A DNA stretch of 64,000 nucleotides from Planctomycetota bacterium (GCA_965223845.1 CBDCXR010000004.1:3008001-3072000); one strand, 5' to 3'; positions 20,401 to 30,158 are shown, counted from the first letter of the stretch. The notes: a model not told the origin generated them from the letters alone. Translations and numbers: made by a program.

Positions 20401-20753
20401 CCGTGTGCGGACTCGAGTATCACGGACCGAACGGGCACTTGGCGATCGCGCCGCGGATTCGTGCCGAGAACTTCCGGGCGTCGTTCGTCGCAGCCGAGGG
20501 ATGGGGCACGATCGCCCAGACGATCGGCGACGACGAGCTCAGCCTGCGCCTCGACCTTCGCCACGGAGCACTGCGCCTGCAGACGATCGGAGTTCACTGG
20601 AAACAGCCCGACCGCCGCGTCCAGTTGAGCTCAGCGCCCGCCGGCGCTCGCGCCGGTCTCGAAAGCGACGGAGACCGACACCTAGTGCGCTTGGGCTCGA
20701 CGATTCGTCTGGAAGTGGGCGAACCGTTCGAGATCCGGCTCCGCTCGGTCTGA
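17475..20753 (+). CDS. Tat-exported GH116-family glycoside hydrolase with an inserted beta-sandwich domain
   Basis: DRRGFLG Tat motif; IGMPVGGLFAG, EAFSPFIP, WEGIGCCPGTCTHVWHY, QHNTLD, ECMTGFE and NPYNEIECSDHYSRAM. Confidence 0.9.
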   Translation: MASEIEPRNPPAPSRPEDRDCCCDDRCSTGRIDRRGFLGVISAAATAAFAPPGEIFAGPFEETDTGVRYRSAIPADKKLADGWVRSLFERGTKDRYSEPAALRRIGMPVGGLFAGTVYLGGDGRLWLWDILNRDQEGIAPRELKQPLPIPGAVDPLHQRMTRAGLNYLEPAEPYSPFEQGFELEIDDKVRSLNATGFSSVTFDGRYPIGRVDYTDPDCPVEVTLEAFSPFIPLEVNDSSLPATVLRFRLKNRSERALDVALRATLENPVGADSAKRGVRGLATSAVSRSPEYTAVVHSAKPPAAAEPSSRRPDIVYETFESDTYGDWSAEGTAFGAAPVLKSEIPDYQGDVGGEGERVVNSHASAPGSSIGEKDAGTGTLTSPEFKISRRFVNLFLGGGGHAGKTSVKILVDGETVASASGRNENRMRPTSLLVHPFEGKIARIQICDHVSGGWGNIGIDHIVFSDTPVATDELAEQRDFGSIALAHVGAAGSEIRATSNRDAEGSTDRSSVPLGGSLVGRLERSVRVEPGREAQVDWIIAWHFPNLEIRGLPGRSVGHAYAARFSSAEEVIRYVAREFDRLTRTTREWVDCWYDSTLPYWLLDRTMANTSTLATTTCYRLRDGRFWAWEGIGCCPGTCTHVWHYAQAPARLFPEIERDQRERVDFGDALHADGGVGHREYIDSKAFPAVDGHCGRILGAFREHQMAKDDAFLRRIWPRVRKAVEWLIAFDKNSDGVLEGAQHNTLDAAWYGKIPWLISLYLAALRAGAAMARERGDPEFASRCDAIASRGAERILDLWGGEYFIHEEDPKHSNAIGTGTGCHIDQLLGQTWAHWTHLGTLFDREKQLSALRALWKYNFAPDVGAFRERFPRGRWYAAAGDAGLVMCTWPRGGEKPGYSKHWQYGYFNECMTGFEWQVAAHMIWEGADQPDLLLDGLAIARAIHDRYRAERRNPYNEIECSDHYSRAMASFGVYQAVCGLEYHGPNGHLAIAPRIRAENFRASFVAAEGWGTIAQTIGDDELSLRLDLRHGALRLQTIGVHWKQPDRRVQLSSAPAGARAGLESDGDRHLVRLGSTIRLEVGEPFEIRLRSV

Positions 20754-20787
20754 CGAATTCGCTTCGCATACCGAGCTCGGAGACCGA

Positions 20788-21957
20788 TCAGAGCAGCGAA
20801 TTCCGCGCCCGATACTCCGACGGCGTCTCACCGACTTCCCTCTTGAAGACGACCGTGAGGTACTCGGGATGCGAAAACCCGCATTTCTCGCTGATCACCG
20901 GCTGAGACAGATTCGTCTCGATGAGAAGTCGTTTCGCCCGTTCGATGCGCACTCGTCGAATCTCCTCGTGTGGAGTTCGGTCGAGAATCTCCCGAAAGCG
21001 CCGTTCGAGCACTCGCCGGGACACGTTCACGGAGTCTGCGACTTCATCGACCGAGATGTTCTCGGTGGCGTGAACGCGAATGAACCAAAGCGCCCGCGCC
21101 ACGTTTTCGTCCTCCACCGCCGGGACCGCGGTTGATTGGCGAGAGACGAGTCGATCGGGGGCGACGAGGATCCGATCGTTCTCGACCCGCGCTCCGTGCA
21201 TCATCGAATCGAGAAGCTGCGCAGCCCGGTAACCGATCGCATGGGTATCGAGGTCGATCGACGACAGCGTCGGATCGGAGAGCTCGCACAGGGTCTCGTC
21301 GTTGTCGACTCCGATGATCGCGATCCGTTCCGGCACCGGGATGTCGATTTCGCGGCACAGGTTGATCAACTGCTGCCCCCGGATGTCGTTACAGGCGAAG
21401 ATCCCGACGGGTTTCGGGAGTTCGGACAACCACCGACTCAACTCGGGCTCGATGAAGAGTCCGATCTGCTCGATGTCTCGGATGTCCGCTCCGGCGCGCT
21501 CACAGGTCTCGTACACATGGCAGTCGTGGCCCCGGGCCCGGAGATCCTCGACGAACGCGTCGCGTCGGATCTCGGAGTAGTTGAGACCGCCGAATCCGCA
21601 GAACGCGAGATTGCGGTAGCCGTCGGCGAGGAACCGTTCGGCAGCGAGGTGAGCGATGAGTCGATTGTCGGTGTCGATCACGGGCATGCGAACACTTCTC
21701 GTACCTCGAAGATCGATCACGGGTAGGCTCTTTCGATAGAGAGCCTCTTCGAGCTCGGAGCTTTCGACGCGTGCGAGGATCCCATCTCCGTCCCACGCCT
21801 CGAACCAGTCGGGAACGCGATCGACGAGGCCCCTCTCCTCCGCGAAGAGCGTCCACGGTCCGTGGACCCGAGCGTACTGCGCGATTCCGAGGAGCAAGCC
21901 GCGGCCGTACGCGCGGGACATCTCGATGATCAGGGCTACGCGAGGGCGATGTCTCAT
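20788..21957 (-). CDS. xylR: XylR-type transcriptional regulator (periplasmic-binding-protein fold + AraC HTH)
   Basis: RVALIIE...YGRGLLLGIAQY, LPKPVGIFACND, IIGVDND, PTLSSI and a C-terminal SRRVLERRF...GETPSEYR. The effector is not necessarily xylose. Confidence 0.9.
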   Translation of the reverse strand: MRHRPRVALIIEMSRAYGRGLLLGIAQYARVHGPWTLFAEERGLVDRVPDWFEAWDGDGILARVESSELEEALYRKSLPVIDLRGTRSVRMPVIDTDNRLIAHLAAERFLADGYRNLAFCGFGGLNYSEIRRDAFVEDLRARGHDCHVYETCERAGADIRDIEQIGLFIEPELSRWLSELPKPVGIFACNDIRGQQLINLCREIDIPVPERIAIIGVDNDETLCELSDPTLSSIDLDTHAIGYRAAQLLDSMMHGARVENDRILVAPDRLVSRQSTAVPAVEDENVARALWFIRVHATENISVDEVADSVNVSRRVLERRFREILDRTPHEEIRRVRIERAKRLLIETNLSQPVISEKCGFSHPEYLTVVFKREVGETPSEYRARNSLL

Positions 21958-22049
21958 GAACGTGCCGGACCGAACGGGGCGTCTGCGCAAGAACTCATCT
22001 GTGAAGATGATCCTGTGCCGGTGGACCTGACAACTACCGTCCCTGACGA

Positions 22050-22113
22050 GTCGCAAAATTACAAGTGGATCGTCGCGCGATCTCAACGCGCGGTCCGCTC
22101 GCGGAGACTACGA
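22050..22113 (+). promoter_or_regulatory. Candidate XylR/AraC-type direct-repeat site and -10 box upstream of the LamG-dockerin gene
   Basis: GTCGCAAAATTACAAG-N6-GTCGCGCGATCTCAAC, then TACGAT at 22108. Confidence 0.5.
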
Positions 22114-22367
22114 TAGTAGACGGGAATCTGAGCGGGCCCCATCGTTGAGGGGAGCCGAGCGGTTTCGAGCGGGGACCGCGGACGGACGGCGGGACGCGGT
22201 CGCGCCGTTACGATTCTCAAGCGGATCGACTCACGCACGATCCGAAGATCGGACCCGACGTCATCCTGGCCCGGCGGGGCGATGGCGCCGAGTCGAGCGT
22301 GTCCGAGTCTCATCTAACACGACGACCGATTCAGCCGAGTTTCCTGGATCTTCTCAGGAGAGATGCC

Positions 22368-25300
22368 ATGCGTTCATTCGTCCCTGCTTTGACCTTAGTG
22401 TGCTTGATCTCGGGAGGTGCAACAGCCCACGCGCAGCTCCTTCACCACCTCACCTTCGACGAAACGACCGGACTCGTCGCCTCCGACCGCGGCTGCCGCG
22501 GCAACGGAACGCTCGTCGGTTTCGACAACGACGACGACGCCCAGTGGGTCGAGGGGCAGTTCGGCGGGGCCCTCGATCTCGGCTCGGACGAGTTCCTCGA
22601 CAATCGCGTGACGCTCAATCTCGATGCGACGAACGGCGGGGAGGCCGGATTCACCGTCGCCATGTGGATCAAACCGGGCGAGCAGATCGGAGTCCCGGGA
22701 GAGTATCAGCTCCTCTCGACACCGGGTGATGTCGTCGGGTTCACGATCATGAACTTCGCCAACGACACGGTCACGCACGACCGCGTGCTGCTCTTCTGGG
22801 ATGGCAACCTCCCGAACCTCCACGTCGGAACGACGACTCTCGAAGCCGACACGTGGTACCACGTGGCGATCACATCGACCGGCGTCGGCGGCGAGAAGCT
22901 CTACTACGTCGACGGAGTGCTCGAGGAGCAGGCGCTGTTCCTCCCCGATCAGGGCGGAACCGAAGGAATGCACCCGGGCAACGTTGACGGCTGGCCCGGA
23001 GGGGCAGGGCAGATCGGCGCGATCGGCAACGGCGCTCGGACGCACGACACGGTGATCGACGACCTCCGCATCTTCGATTCGGCTCTCTCCGCCGACGACA
23101 TCGCTGCGCTCCTCACCGACGAGCCGCTCCCGGCGCCGGTCATATCGAACCTCAATCCGGAAGACGGCGAGCTCCAGCACTCGGCCGCGGCCGGTCTCAC
23201 CTTCGACGTCGAAGTTCAGGCCGACGGCGCCAGCCTCGCCGACGAGAACATCAAACTGTTCCTCAACGGCGAAGACGTCTCGGCCGGCCTCAGCTTCGGC
23301 GGTCCCGCGACCGCGCGCGAAGTCGAGTTCACGGGCCTCGAGGCGGACAGCGCCTACTCGGCTCGGATCGAAGCGACGGATTCGAACGGCTCGACCGCCT
23401 GCCGGAGTTTCACTTTCGCGACGCTCGAGACGGCGCTCGACGGGCTCGTCCATCACTTTCGCATGGACGAGACGTCGGGGCTCACCGCGGTGGACCTCGG
23501 CTCGGCGCGGAACGGGACCCTCTTCGGTTTCGAAGCCGACGACGACTCGCAGTGGGTCTCGGCCGTCTGCGATAACGGACTCGACCTCGGGAGCGACGGT
23601 ACGATCAACAACTACGTCGAGTTCAACGCGCGCGAAGTCAACGCGCTCGACTCGGGCGGGTTCACCGTCTCCATGTGGGTGAATCTCGGCGAGCAGATCC
23701 TGACCCCGGGGGAGTATCAGCTCCTCTCGACGCCGGGCGATGTGGTCGGATTCACGGTCATGAATTTCGATGGGGAAGAGCGACACGACCGAGTGCTCCT
23801 CTTCTGGGACGGGATTCTGCCGGACCTCCATGTGGGAACGACATCACTCGAGCCGGGTGCGTGGTACCACGTCGCGATCACATCGACGGGTTTCGGCGGC
23901 GAGAAGCTCTACTACCTCGACGGCGAGCTCGAGGAACAGACGCTCTTCCTGCCATCGCAGGGCGGTGTCGAGGGGCAGCATCCGGCGAACCGCGACGGTT
24001 GGGCGGAGGGCATCGCCCGGCTCGGCGCGATCGGGGCCGGCAATCGCGCCCATGACTCGATTCTCGACGACGTGCGAATCTACGATCGCGCGTTAGAAGA
24101 GGACGAAATCCTGGACGTGATCGCCGAGTGTCCACCGCCCTGCGATCCCCTCGAGCTGTCCGATCTCGCCCCCCAGAGCGGAGACTCGTTCTACGATCCG
24201 AATGCGGGGATCGAGCTCGAAGTCGCCACTCCGAACGACGGATTCGGGATCGCTGAAGACGGAATCACGATGATCGTGAACGGAGCGGACGTCTCGGGCG
24301 ATCTCACCATCGGCGGCACGCCGGCGACGCGAACGGTCCGGTACGCGGGTCTCCAAGCGGACACGGCCTACTCGGTCGAGATCTCGGTGACGGACGGATG
24401 CGCCGAGCTCAGCCGTTCGCTGACGTTCGGAACCTTCAGCCAGTGCGAAGAAGCGGTCGAAGACGGACTCGTCCACTACTGGAAGCTCGACGAAACGACC
24501 GGGTTCTCTGCGTTCGATTGCGTCGGCGGCAGTATCGCGTCGCTCTCCGGAATCGACGTGGACGACGACTCGCAGTGGACGACGGGTGTCCAGGGCGGCG
24601 CGCTCGACTTCGGCAATGACGGGACGCTCGACAATCTCTTCGAAGCGCCGATTCAAGGCGTCAACGCACTCGACACCGGCGGATTCACCGTGGCGATGTG
24701 GATTCGCCCGGGCGACCAGATCCTGACGCCGGGCGAGTACCAGCTTCTCGCGACGCCGGGCGATGCCGTGGGATTCACGATCATGAACTTCGACGGCGAG
24801 GAACGACACGATCGCGTGCTCCTCTTCTGGGACGGATCGCTTCCGGATCTCCACGTCGGGACGACGACGCTCGAGCCAGGAGCCTGGTACCACGTGGCCA
24901 TCACGTCGACCGGCTTCGGAGGCGAGAAGTTGTACTTCCTCAACGGTCAGCCCGAGGAGCAGGTTCTCTTCCTTCCCGCGCAGGGCGGCGTCGAAGGGAA
25001 CCACGTCGCGACGCGCAACGGGTGGAACCCAGGCATCGGTCGAGTCGGATCGATCGGAGCCGCCCGCTTCCACGACACCGTGTTCGACGAGATCCGCATC
25101 TACGAGCGAGCTCTCGAGCTAGACGACATCGCCGCGCTTGCGTCCGTGCAGCCCGGCGGGCAGTTCGACCGCGGTGACTCGAACAGCGACGGCGAGTTCA
25201 ACATCGCCGACGCCATCTTCATTCTGAACTCTCTGTTCACCGACCTCGCAGCGGATCCCACCTGCGACGACGCGGCCGACGCGAACGACGATGGCGCCGT

Positions 25301-25439
25301 GAACATCGCCGACGGGATCTTTATTCTCAATCGGCTCTTCGGCGAGGCGGGAGCCCCGCCCCCCGAACCGTTCGGGAACTGCGGATCCGACCCGACCGAC
25401 GACGATCTCGACTGCGCCGAATCGACGGCTGGTTGCTGA
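22368..25439 (+). CDS. Secreted protein with three LamG-like jellyroll repeats, two Ig/FN3-like spacers and a C-terminal dockerin-like domain
   Basis: AGGAG RBS and signal peptide; three copies of GFTVxMW...HDRVLLFWDG...WYHVAIT...(D/E)xRI; C-terminal FDRGDSNSDG...DAADANDDG. Confidence 0.88.
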   Translation: MRSFVPALTLVCLISGGATAHAQLLHHLTFDETTGLVASDRGCRGNGTLVGFDNDDDAQWVEGQFGGALDLGSDEFLDNRVTLNLDATNGGEAGFTVAMWIKPGEQIGVPGEYQLLSTPGDVVGFTIMNFANDTVTHDRVLLFWDGNLPNLHVGTTTLEADTWYHVAITSTGVGGEKLYYVDGVLEEQALFLPDQGGTEGMHPGNVDGWPGGAGQIGAIGNGARTHDTVIDDLRIFDSALSADDIAALLTDEPLPAPVISNLNPEDGELQHSAAAGLTFDVEVQADGASLADENIKLFLNGEDVSAGLSFGGPATAREVEFTGLEADSAYSARIEATDSNGSTACRSFTFATLETALDGLVHHFRMDETSGLTAVDLGSARNGTLFGFEADDDSQWVSAVCDNGLDLGSDGTINNYVEFNAREVNALDSGGFTVSMWVNLGEQILTPGEYQLLSTPGDVVGFTVMNFDGEERHDRVLLFWDGILPDLHVGTTSLEPGAWYHVAITSTGFGGEKLYYLDGELEEQTLFLPSQGGVEGQHPANRDGWAEGIARLGAIGAGNRAHDSILDDVRIYDRALEEDEILDVIAECPPPCDPLELSDLAPQSGDSFYDPNAGIELEVATPNDGFGIAEDGITMIVNGADVSGDLTIGGTPATRTVRYAGLQADTAYSVEISVTDGCAELSRSLTFGTFSQCEEAVEDGLVHYWKLDETTGFSAFDCVGGSIASLSGIDVDDDSQWTTGVQGGALDFGNDGTLDNLFEAPIQGVNALDTGGFTVAMWIRPGDQILTPGEYQLLATPGDAVGFTIMNFDGEERHDRVLLFWDGSLPDLHVGTTTLEPGAWYHVAITSTGFGGEKLYFLNGQPEEQVLFLPAQGGVEGNHVATRNGWNPGIGRVGSIGAARFHDTVFDEIRIYERALELDDIAALASVQPGGQFDRGDSNSDGEFNIADAIFILNSLFTDLAADPTCDDAADANDDGAVNIADGIFILNRLFGEAGAPPPEPFGNCGSDPTDDDLDCAESTAGC

Positions 25440-25465
25440 TCGAACCGCAGAGTAGAAGAGAGCAC

Positions 25466-25506
25466 GCGGAGCGTATCCCGTCGCGAATGGACGGGCTACG
25501 CTCCGC
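25466..25506 (+). terminator. Strong GC-rich hairpin after the LamG gene (terminator or mRNA-stabilising stem; no U-tract)
   Basis: GCGGAGCGTA-T-CCCGTC-loop7-GACGGG-C-TACGCTCCGC. Confidence 0.45.
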
Positions 25507-25562
25507 AGCACTCTCGCGAATCCCCGGATTTAATGCGCGCGGAGATCTAGAGACCTTTGCTT

Positions 25563-28500
25563 ATGATGTCGCACCTCTCTCCAGCTCCGAGGCGTACACG
25601 GAGGGAGAAACCGAGGACCTACCGGCTGGGGTTCCGTTGCGTCCCCCTGGCCGTCTGGTCTGCGGGTCTGACGATCGCGCTCGCCCTCGCGGTGGCCCGA
25701 CCCGCGCACGGCTTGGTGATCTCGGAGATTCACTATCATCCGGTCGGAGAAGGCGCGGACGGCGGTCGACTCGAGTTCGTCGAGATCGCGAACGACTCCA
25801 CGACGCCTGAGGACTTGAGTGGTTTTCGGTTTTCCGAAGGAATCGAGTTCGAGTTTCCGCCCCAAACGATTCTCCTCGGACGAAGCTACATCGTCGTCTG
25901 CGCCGACGTGGATGCCGTCCGCGCCGAGTACGGAATCGACAACGCGATCGGGAACTTCACGGGGCGATTGGATTCGAGCGGCGAACGGCTGACGCTCGTG
26001 AGTCGTGTCGGCGTCGAGGTCGTCAGCGTGAGCTACCGCGACGAAGGCAAGTGGCCGGTCGCGCCGGACGGGACCGGACACACGCTCGTACTTCGTTCTC
26101 TACGCTCCGATCCGTCGGAGCCGGAGAGTTGGCGAGGAAGCCCGGAGATCGGCGGCTCGCCGGGCGCTCCGAATCTCCCCGAAACCGGCGCGGGAGGCCG
26201 TGAGGACGTCGTCCTCATCGGCGAGGGCGATCTCTGGCGATTCGCGCGCGGCGACGCACCGTTCTCCTCCGGCGAGCCGGCGTGGTACGAATCCGAGTTC
26301 GACGACGCGGCATGGTCTACCGGTGCCGCTGGGTTCGGATACGGCGACGGGGACGACGCGACGGAGCTCGGAGACATGCGAGACGGTTACGGGTCCGTCG
26401 CGTGTCGAGCCACGTTCGAGCTGACGAACGCCGATGTCGAGCGAGGGAAGGTGCGCCTCTCCATCCGCTACGACGACGGCTTTTGTGCGTTCGTGAACGG
26501 GGCCGAATTCGCGCGAGCGAACTGCCCGGACACGATCGATCACGACTCCACGGCAACCGGCGGACACGAGGCCTCGGATCCCGAGGAGTTCGAAGTTCCC
26601 CCGGAACTGCTCCGCGAGGGCACGAATCACATCGCGGTCGTTGGCTACAACGTCACTGTCGATTCGACGGACTTCAGTCTCGCCCCGAGCATCGTCCTCG
26701 AGCGACTCGAAGCTCCGCCCACCGAAGAGACCGTGATGTTCAACGAGCTGCATCGCTCGGTCGGAAACGCATCGTGGGTCGAGCTCTTCAACCCCGGGGC
26801 GAGCGCGATCGATCTCAGCGGATACAAACTCGCGACCGAGCCCAACTCGGACGGCTTCTCCTTGGGAGCGGACACGAAGATCGCCGCCCAGGGATTTCTC
26901 ACCATCACGGACGAGGAGAGCGGCCTCGACTTGAGCTCGCCGGAGGTACGGGTCTTTCTCCGCGACGTCAACGGGCTCGTCGTAGCCGCGTTCGCGTTCG
27001 ATCGCGATCCGCCCGCCGAGTTCGCCGACGAGTCGTTTTCCGAAGCCCTCTTCCCCGACGGGGGCACGAAGACCTGGATCACGCCGATAGCGACGCGGGG
27101 AGAGCCCAATCGTGTCGATCGCGCAACGGCGATCGTCATCAACGAGATCTTCTACCAGCCGCCGGAGGATCGATCGGGGGAATTCGTCGAGATCTACAAC
27201 CGCGAGTCGTCGAGCGTCGATCTGACAGGATATCGCTTCGAGCGCGGCATCGACTTCGAGTTCTCGAACGGAACGCTGATCGGCCCCGGCGAGTATCTCG
27301 TCGTCGCAAAGGACCCGCCGCTCATCCGAGAGATCTACGGGATCGAAAACGTCGTCGGTCCCTACGACGGCAAGCTGTCGAATCGCGGCGAGAATCTCCG
27401 TCTCGTCGATTCGCGGGGAAATATCGCCGACGAGGTCCGGTACTTCGACGGCGGGACGTGGTCGCGTTGGGCGGACGGCGGAGGAGCGAGTCTCGAGCTC
27501 ATCGATCCGGAGCAGCGAAACGACGTGGGAGTGGCGTGGGCAGCGAGTGACGAATCCGAGAAAGCCGATTGGGAGCGTCTCAGCTACCAGGTCGACGACT
27601 ATGTACCCGCCCGCGAAACCGAACTGCACCTATTCCTGGTCGCTCGAGGAGAGTGTCTCATCGACGACGTATCGGTGCGGCGAGGGGCCGGTGACAATCA
27701 CATACCGAATCCCGGTTTCGAAGATTCGACGTCGCCCTGGCGAATCGAAGGGACGCACATCGATTCCCGGCGGGTCACTTGGGACGCGCATTCGGGGGAG
27801 GCCTGCCTGGAGCTCGTCGCTTCGGGGAAGGGCGACAGCTCGGTGAATCGGATCGAGATCGATGCGTCGCCTCGTCTCACCTCCGGTCCCTACGAGGTAT
27901 CGCTCTGGGCGCGCTGGCTTCGCGGGGCGAGCGTGATCGTCGGTCACGGCGAGTTCACCGCCGGCCCCTGGGGCGGTCGACCGGCGCCGTCGGTCAATCA
28001 ATCGGGAAACACGCTCGGGGGAAAGGCCCGGTTGACGGTTCCTCGCGATCTGGGAACGCCCGGTCGAGAGAACACCGCGCGAGCGCGCCTTCGCGATGAA
28101 ACGGGTTCGACCAATCTCGGCCCGCTCATTTGGGCCGTGACTCACTCCCCGGCCACGCCGGAATCGGGCGACCCGGTAACGGTGTCGGCGAGGATCGACG
28201 ACGCCGACGGCGTTGCGTCGGTCACCGTTCTCTATCGCGAAGGAAACGCGAACGGACCGTTCGAACGCGTTCCGCTCACCCGGTCGCCCGGGCGAGGACT
28301 CGACGCGGTGGACGGTCCCGGCGAGCAGCATCGCGCCGAGTTACCGGGATTCTCGGCGCGCGACAAGATCGTGTTCTACCTCGAAGCGACCGATGCGACC
28401 GGGAGAACGAGTCGATTCCCGGCTACTGCGCCGGCGGAGACGCTGCTCTTCATGGTGTCCGGCCCTCAGGAGAGCGATCTCGATTCCGTCGCCATCGCAC

Positions 28501-30092
28501 TCGACGACGCGCGCACGGCCGAGTTGTCGACCCGTCGACTCCACTCGAATCATCTCCTGCACGCGACGTACATCTTCAACGACCGCGAAATCCGGTACAA
28601 CGTCGGGATTCGCTACCGCGGCAGCCCGTGGGGACGACCGGAGCGCTCGAGTTATCGCGTGCGGTTCGAGGAGGATGCGCGTCCCCCGACCGGCCTGGGT
28701 GCGGTCAACTTGAGCTCGCGCGTCGACGGCGCGGCGGAGAAAGCGTCGTACTACCTCTCGGAGCAAGCGGGGACGCCGGAGAAGCCGGTATCCGTGCCCA
28801 TCTACCGCTTCGTGAGGACAACATTCAACGGCGGCGGGCGCCGGACGCAGCGCTTCATTCAGCCGGTCGACAACACCTACCTCCGCCAGTGGTTTCCAGA
28901 CTCGGACGGACCCGGATTCAAGGCGGTCGCACGGCTCGCGTTCAACGACCGGGGAGAACGGACCGCCTACGACGGCGCGTCGTTCGATTACATGAACGAG
29001 AACAGCGAGAACTACCGCTTCTACTACATGCCGTTCACGAATCGAAATCGCGACGAGTGGGAGGACCTCACTCGATTGATGCGTCTCCTCGACCCCCGGG
29101 CGACGGACAACGATCAGCACGACGCCGAGATCGAGTCGATCCTCGACGTGGAAGGCTTCCTCCGCACGATGGTCGCGCGCGTGTTCGTCAGCGACTGGGA
29201 CACGCTCGGCATCGGACAGGGGCACAACGCGTACCTCTATCTCGATTCGAGAGACTCTCGGTGGGAGACGATTCCGTTCGATTTCAATCAGGCGATGCCG
29301 ACGTCGCAAGTCAGCTATCCCGTATTCCCCACCTTCGATCGTGGCTGGCGCCGACTCATCGCTCGGCCCAAGGCTCGCCGCCTCTATGTTCGCATCGCGC
29401 GCGAGTTCCTCGATACGGCCTGGTCGATCCCCGCGGCGCGTCCCTATCTCGACGCAGTGGAAGACGCGAGTCGAGTGTCATTCGCTGGAGTTCGGAGCTT
29501 CATCTCCGCTCGGGCGCGCGTGATCGAAGGAGCGATCCGCCCGCTGCTCGACGTCGACTTCGAGATCTCGACCAATGACGGCGCCAATTTTTCGACGGAA
29601 GCCGCGTCGGTCGAGCTCACCGGGACCGCGAGCGCCGCGATCGCATCGATCCTCGTCGAACGAAACGGCGCGGAAGCGGTCGAACTAACCCCTTCGTGGA
29701 GCACACCGATCCGCTGGACGGCGACTTTCGACACCTCGTCGAGGACGAACGCCTTCGAGCTCTCAGGAATCGACGGCGCCGACAGTCGGATCGCTTCCAC
29801 GTCGATCGAGATCACGAACACGAGCCAGGTCGCCGGATTCGTCCGCGGCGACTCCAACGGCGACGGCGAGGTCGCGATCAGCGATGCGGTGAAGACGCTC
29901 CTCTATCTTTTCGTCGGCGACACGATCGATTGCGAAGATGCGGCCGACGCGAACGATGACGGCCGCCTGAACCTCGTCGATCCCGTCGGCACGCTCGAAT
30001 ACTTGTTTCAAACCGGCGCGCCACCACCGGCGCCCTTTCCCACTCCCGGCGAGGACACGACCCCGGACGAGCTCGGCTGCACGCGCGGGTGA
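25563..30092 (+). CDS. Secreted lamin-tail-domain x3 + CotH-like kinase + dockerin-like protein
   Basis: LTD starts LVISEIHYHP, VMFNEL and IVINEIFYQP; CotH-like VGIRYRGS, DWD...HNAYLY...IPFD; C-terminal FVRGDSNGDG. Confidence 0.85.
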   Translation: MMSHLSPAPRRTRREKPRTYRLGFRCVPLAVWSAGLTIALALAVARPAHGLVISEIHYHPVGEGADGGRLEFVEIANDSTTPEDLSGFRFSEGIEFEFPPQTILLGRSYIVVCADVDAVRAEYGIDNAIGNFTGRLDSSGERLTLVSRVGVEVVSVSYRDEGKWPVAPDGTGHTLVLRSLRSDPSEPESWRGSPEIGGSPGAPNLPETGAGGREDVVLIGEGDLWRFARGDAPFSSGEPAWYESEFDDAAWSTGAAGFGYGDGDDATELGDMRDGYGSVACRATFELTNADVERGKVRLSIRYDDGFCAFVNGAEFARANCPDTIDHDSTATGGHEASDPEEFEVPPELLREGTNHIAVVGYNVTVDSTDFSLAPSIVLERLEAPPTEETVMFNELHRSVGNASWVELFNPGASAIDLSGYKLATEPNSDGFSLGADTKIAAQGFLTITDEESGLDLSSPEVRVFLRDVNGLVVAAFAFDRDPPAEFADESFSEALFPDGGTKTWITPIATRGEPNRVDRATAIVINEIFYQPPEDRSGEFVEIYNRESSSVDLTGYRFERGIDFEFSNGTLIGPGEYLVVAKDPPLIREIYGIENVVGPYDGKLSNRGENLRLVDSRGNIADEVRYFDGGTWSRWADGGGASLELIDPEQRNDVGVAWAASDESEKADWERLSYQVDDYVPARETELHLFLVARGECLIDDVSVRRGAGDNHIPNPGFEDSTSPWRIEGTHIDSRRVTWDAHSGEACLELVASGKGDSSVNRIEIDASPRLTSGPYEVSLWARWLRGASVIVGHGEFTAGPWGGRPAPSVNQSGNTLGGKARLTVPRDLGTPGRENTARARLRDETGSTNLGPLIWAVTHSPATPESGDPVTVSARIDDADGVASVTVLYREGNANGPFERVPLTRSPGRGLDAVDGPGEQHRAELPGFSARDKIVFYLEATDATGRTSRFPATAPAETLLFMVSGPQESDLDSVAIALDDARTAELSTRRLHSNHLLHATYIFNDREIRYNVGIRYRGSPWGRPERSSYRVRFEEDARPPTGLGAVNLSSRVDGAAEKASYYLSEQAGTPEKPVSVPIYRFVRTTFNGGGRRTQRFIQPVDNTYLRQWFPDSDGPGFKAVARLAFNDRGERTAYDGASFDYMNENSENYRFYYMPFTNRNRDEWEDLTRLMRLLDPRATDNDQHDAEIESILDVEGFLRTMVARVFVSDWDTLGIGQGHNAYLYLDSRDSRWETIPFDFNQAMPTSQVSYPVFPTFDRGWRRLIARPKARRLYVRIAREFLDTAWSIPAARPYLDAVEDASRVSFAGVRSFISARARVIEGAIRPLLDVDFEISTNDGANFSTEAASVELTGTASAAIASILVERNGAEAVELTPSWSTPIRWTATFDTSSRTNAFELSGIDGADSRIASTSIEITNTSQVAGFVRGDSNGDGEVAISDAVKTLLYLFVGDTIDCEDAADANDDGRLNLVDPVGTLEYLFQTGAPPPAPFPTPGEDTTPDELGCTRG

Positions 30093-30158
30093 GGGACACC
30101 ATCGAGTACCGGAGCCGCCCTCGACCCCGGTGGACCGGTTAGCGCACGTCGAGGCCGT

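Noticed and set aside
22440-25145. CRISPR array or mobile repeat
   Set aside because: The repeats are in-frame coding domain duplications; no repeat-spacer pattern or cas gene occurs in the window.
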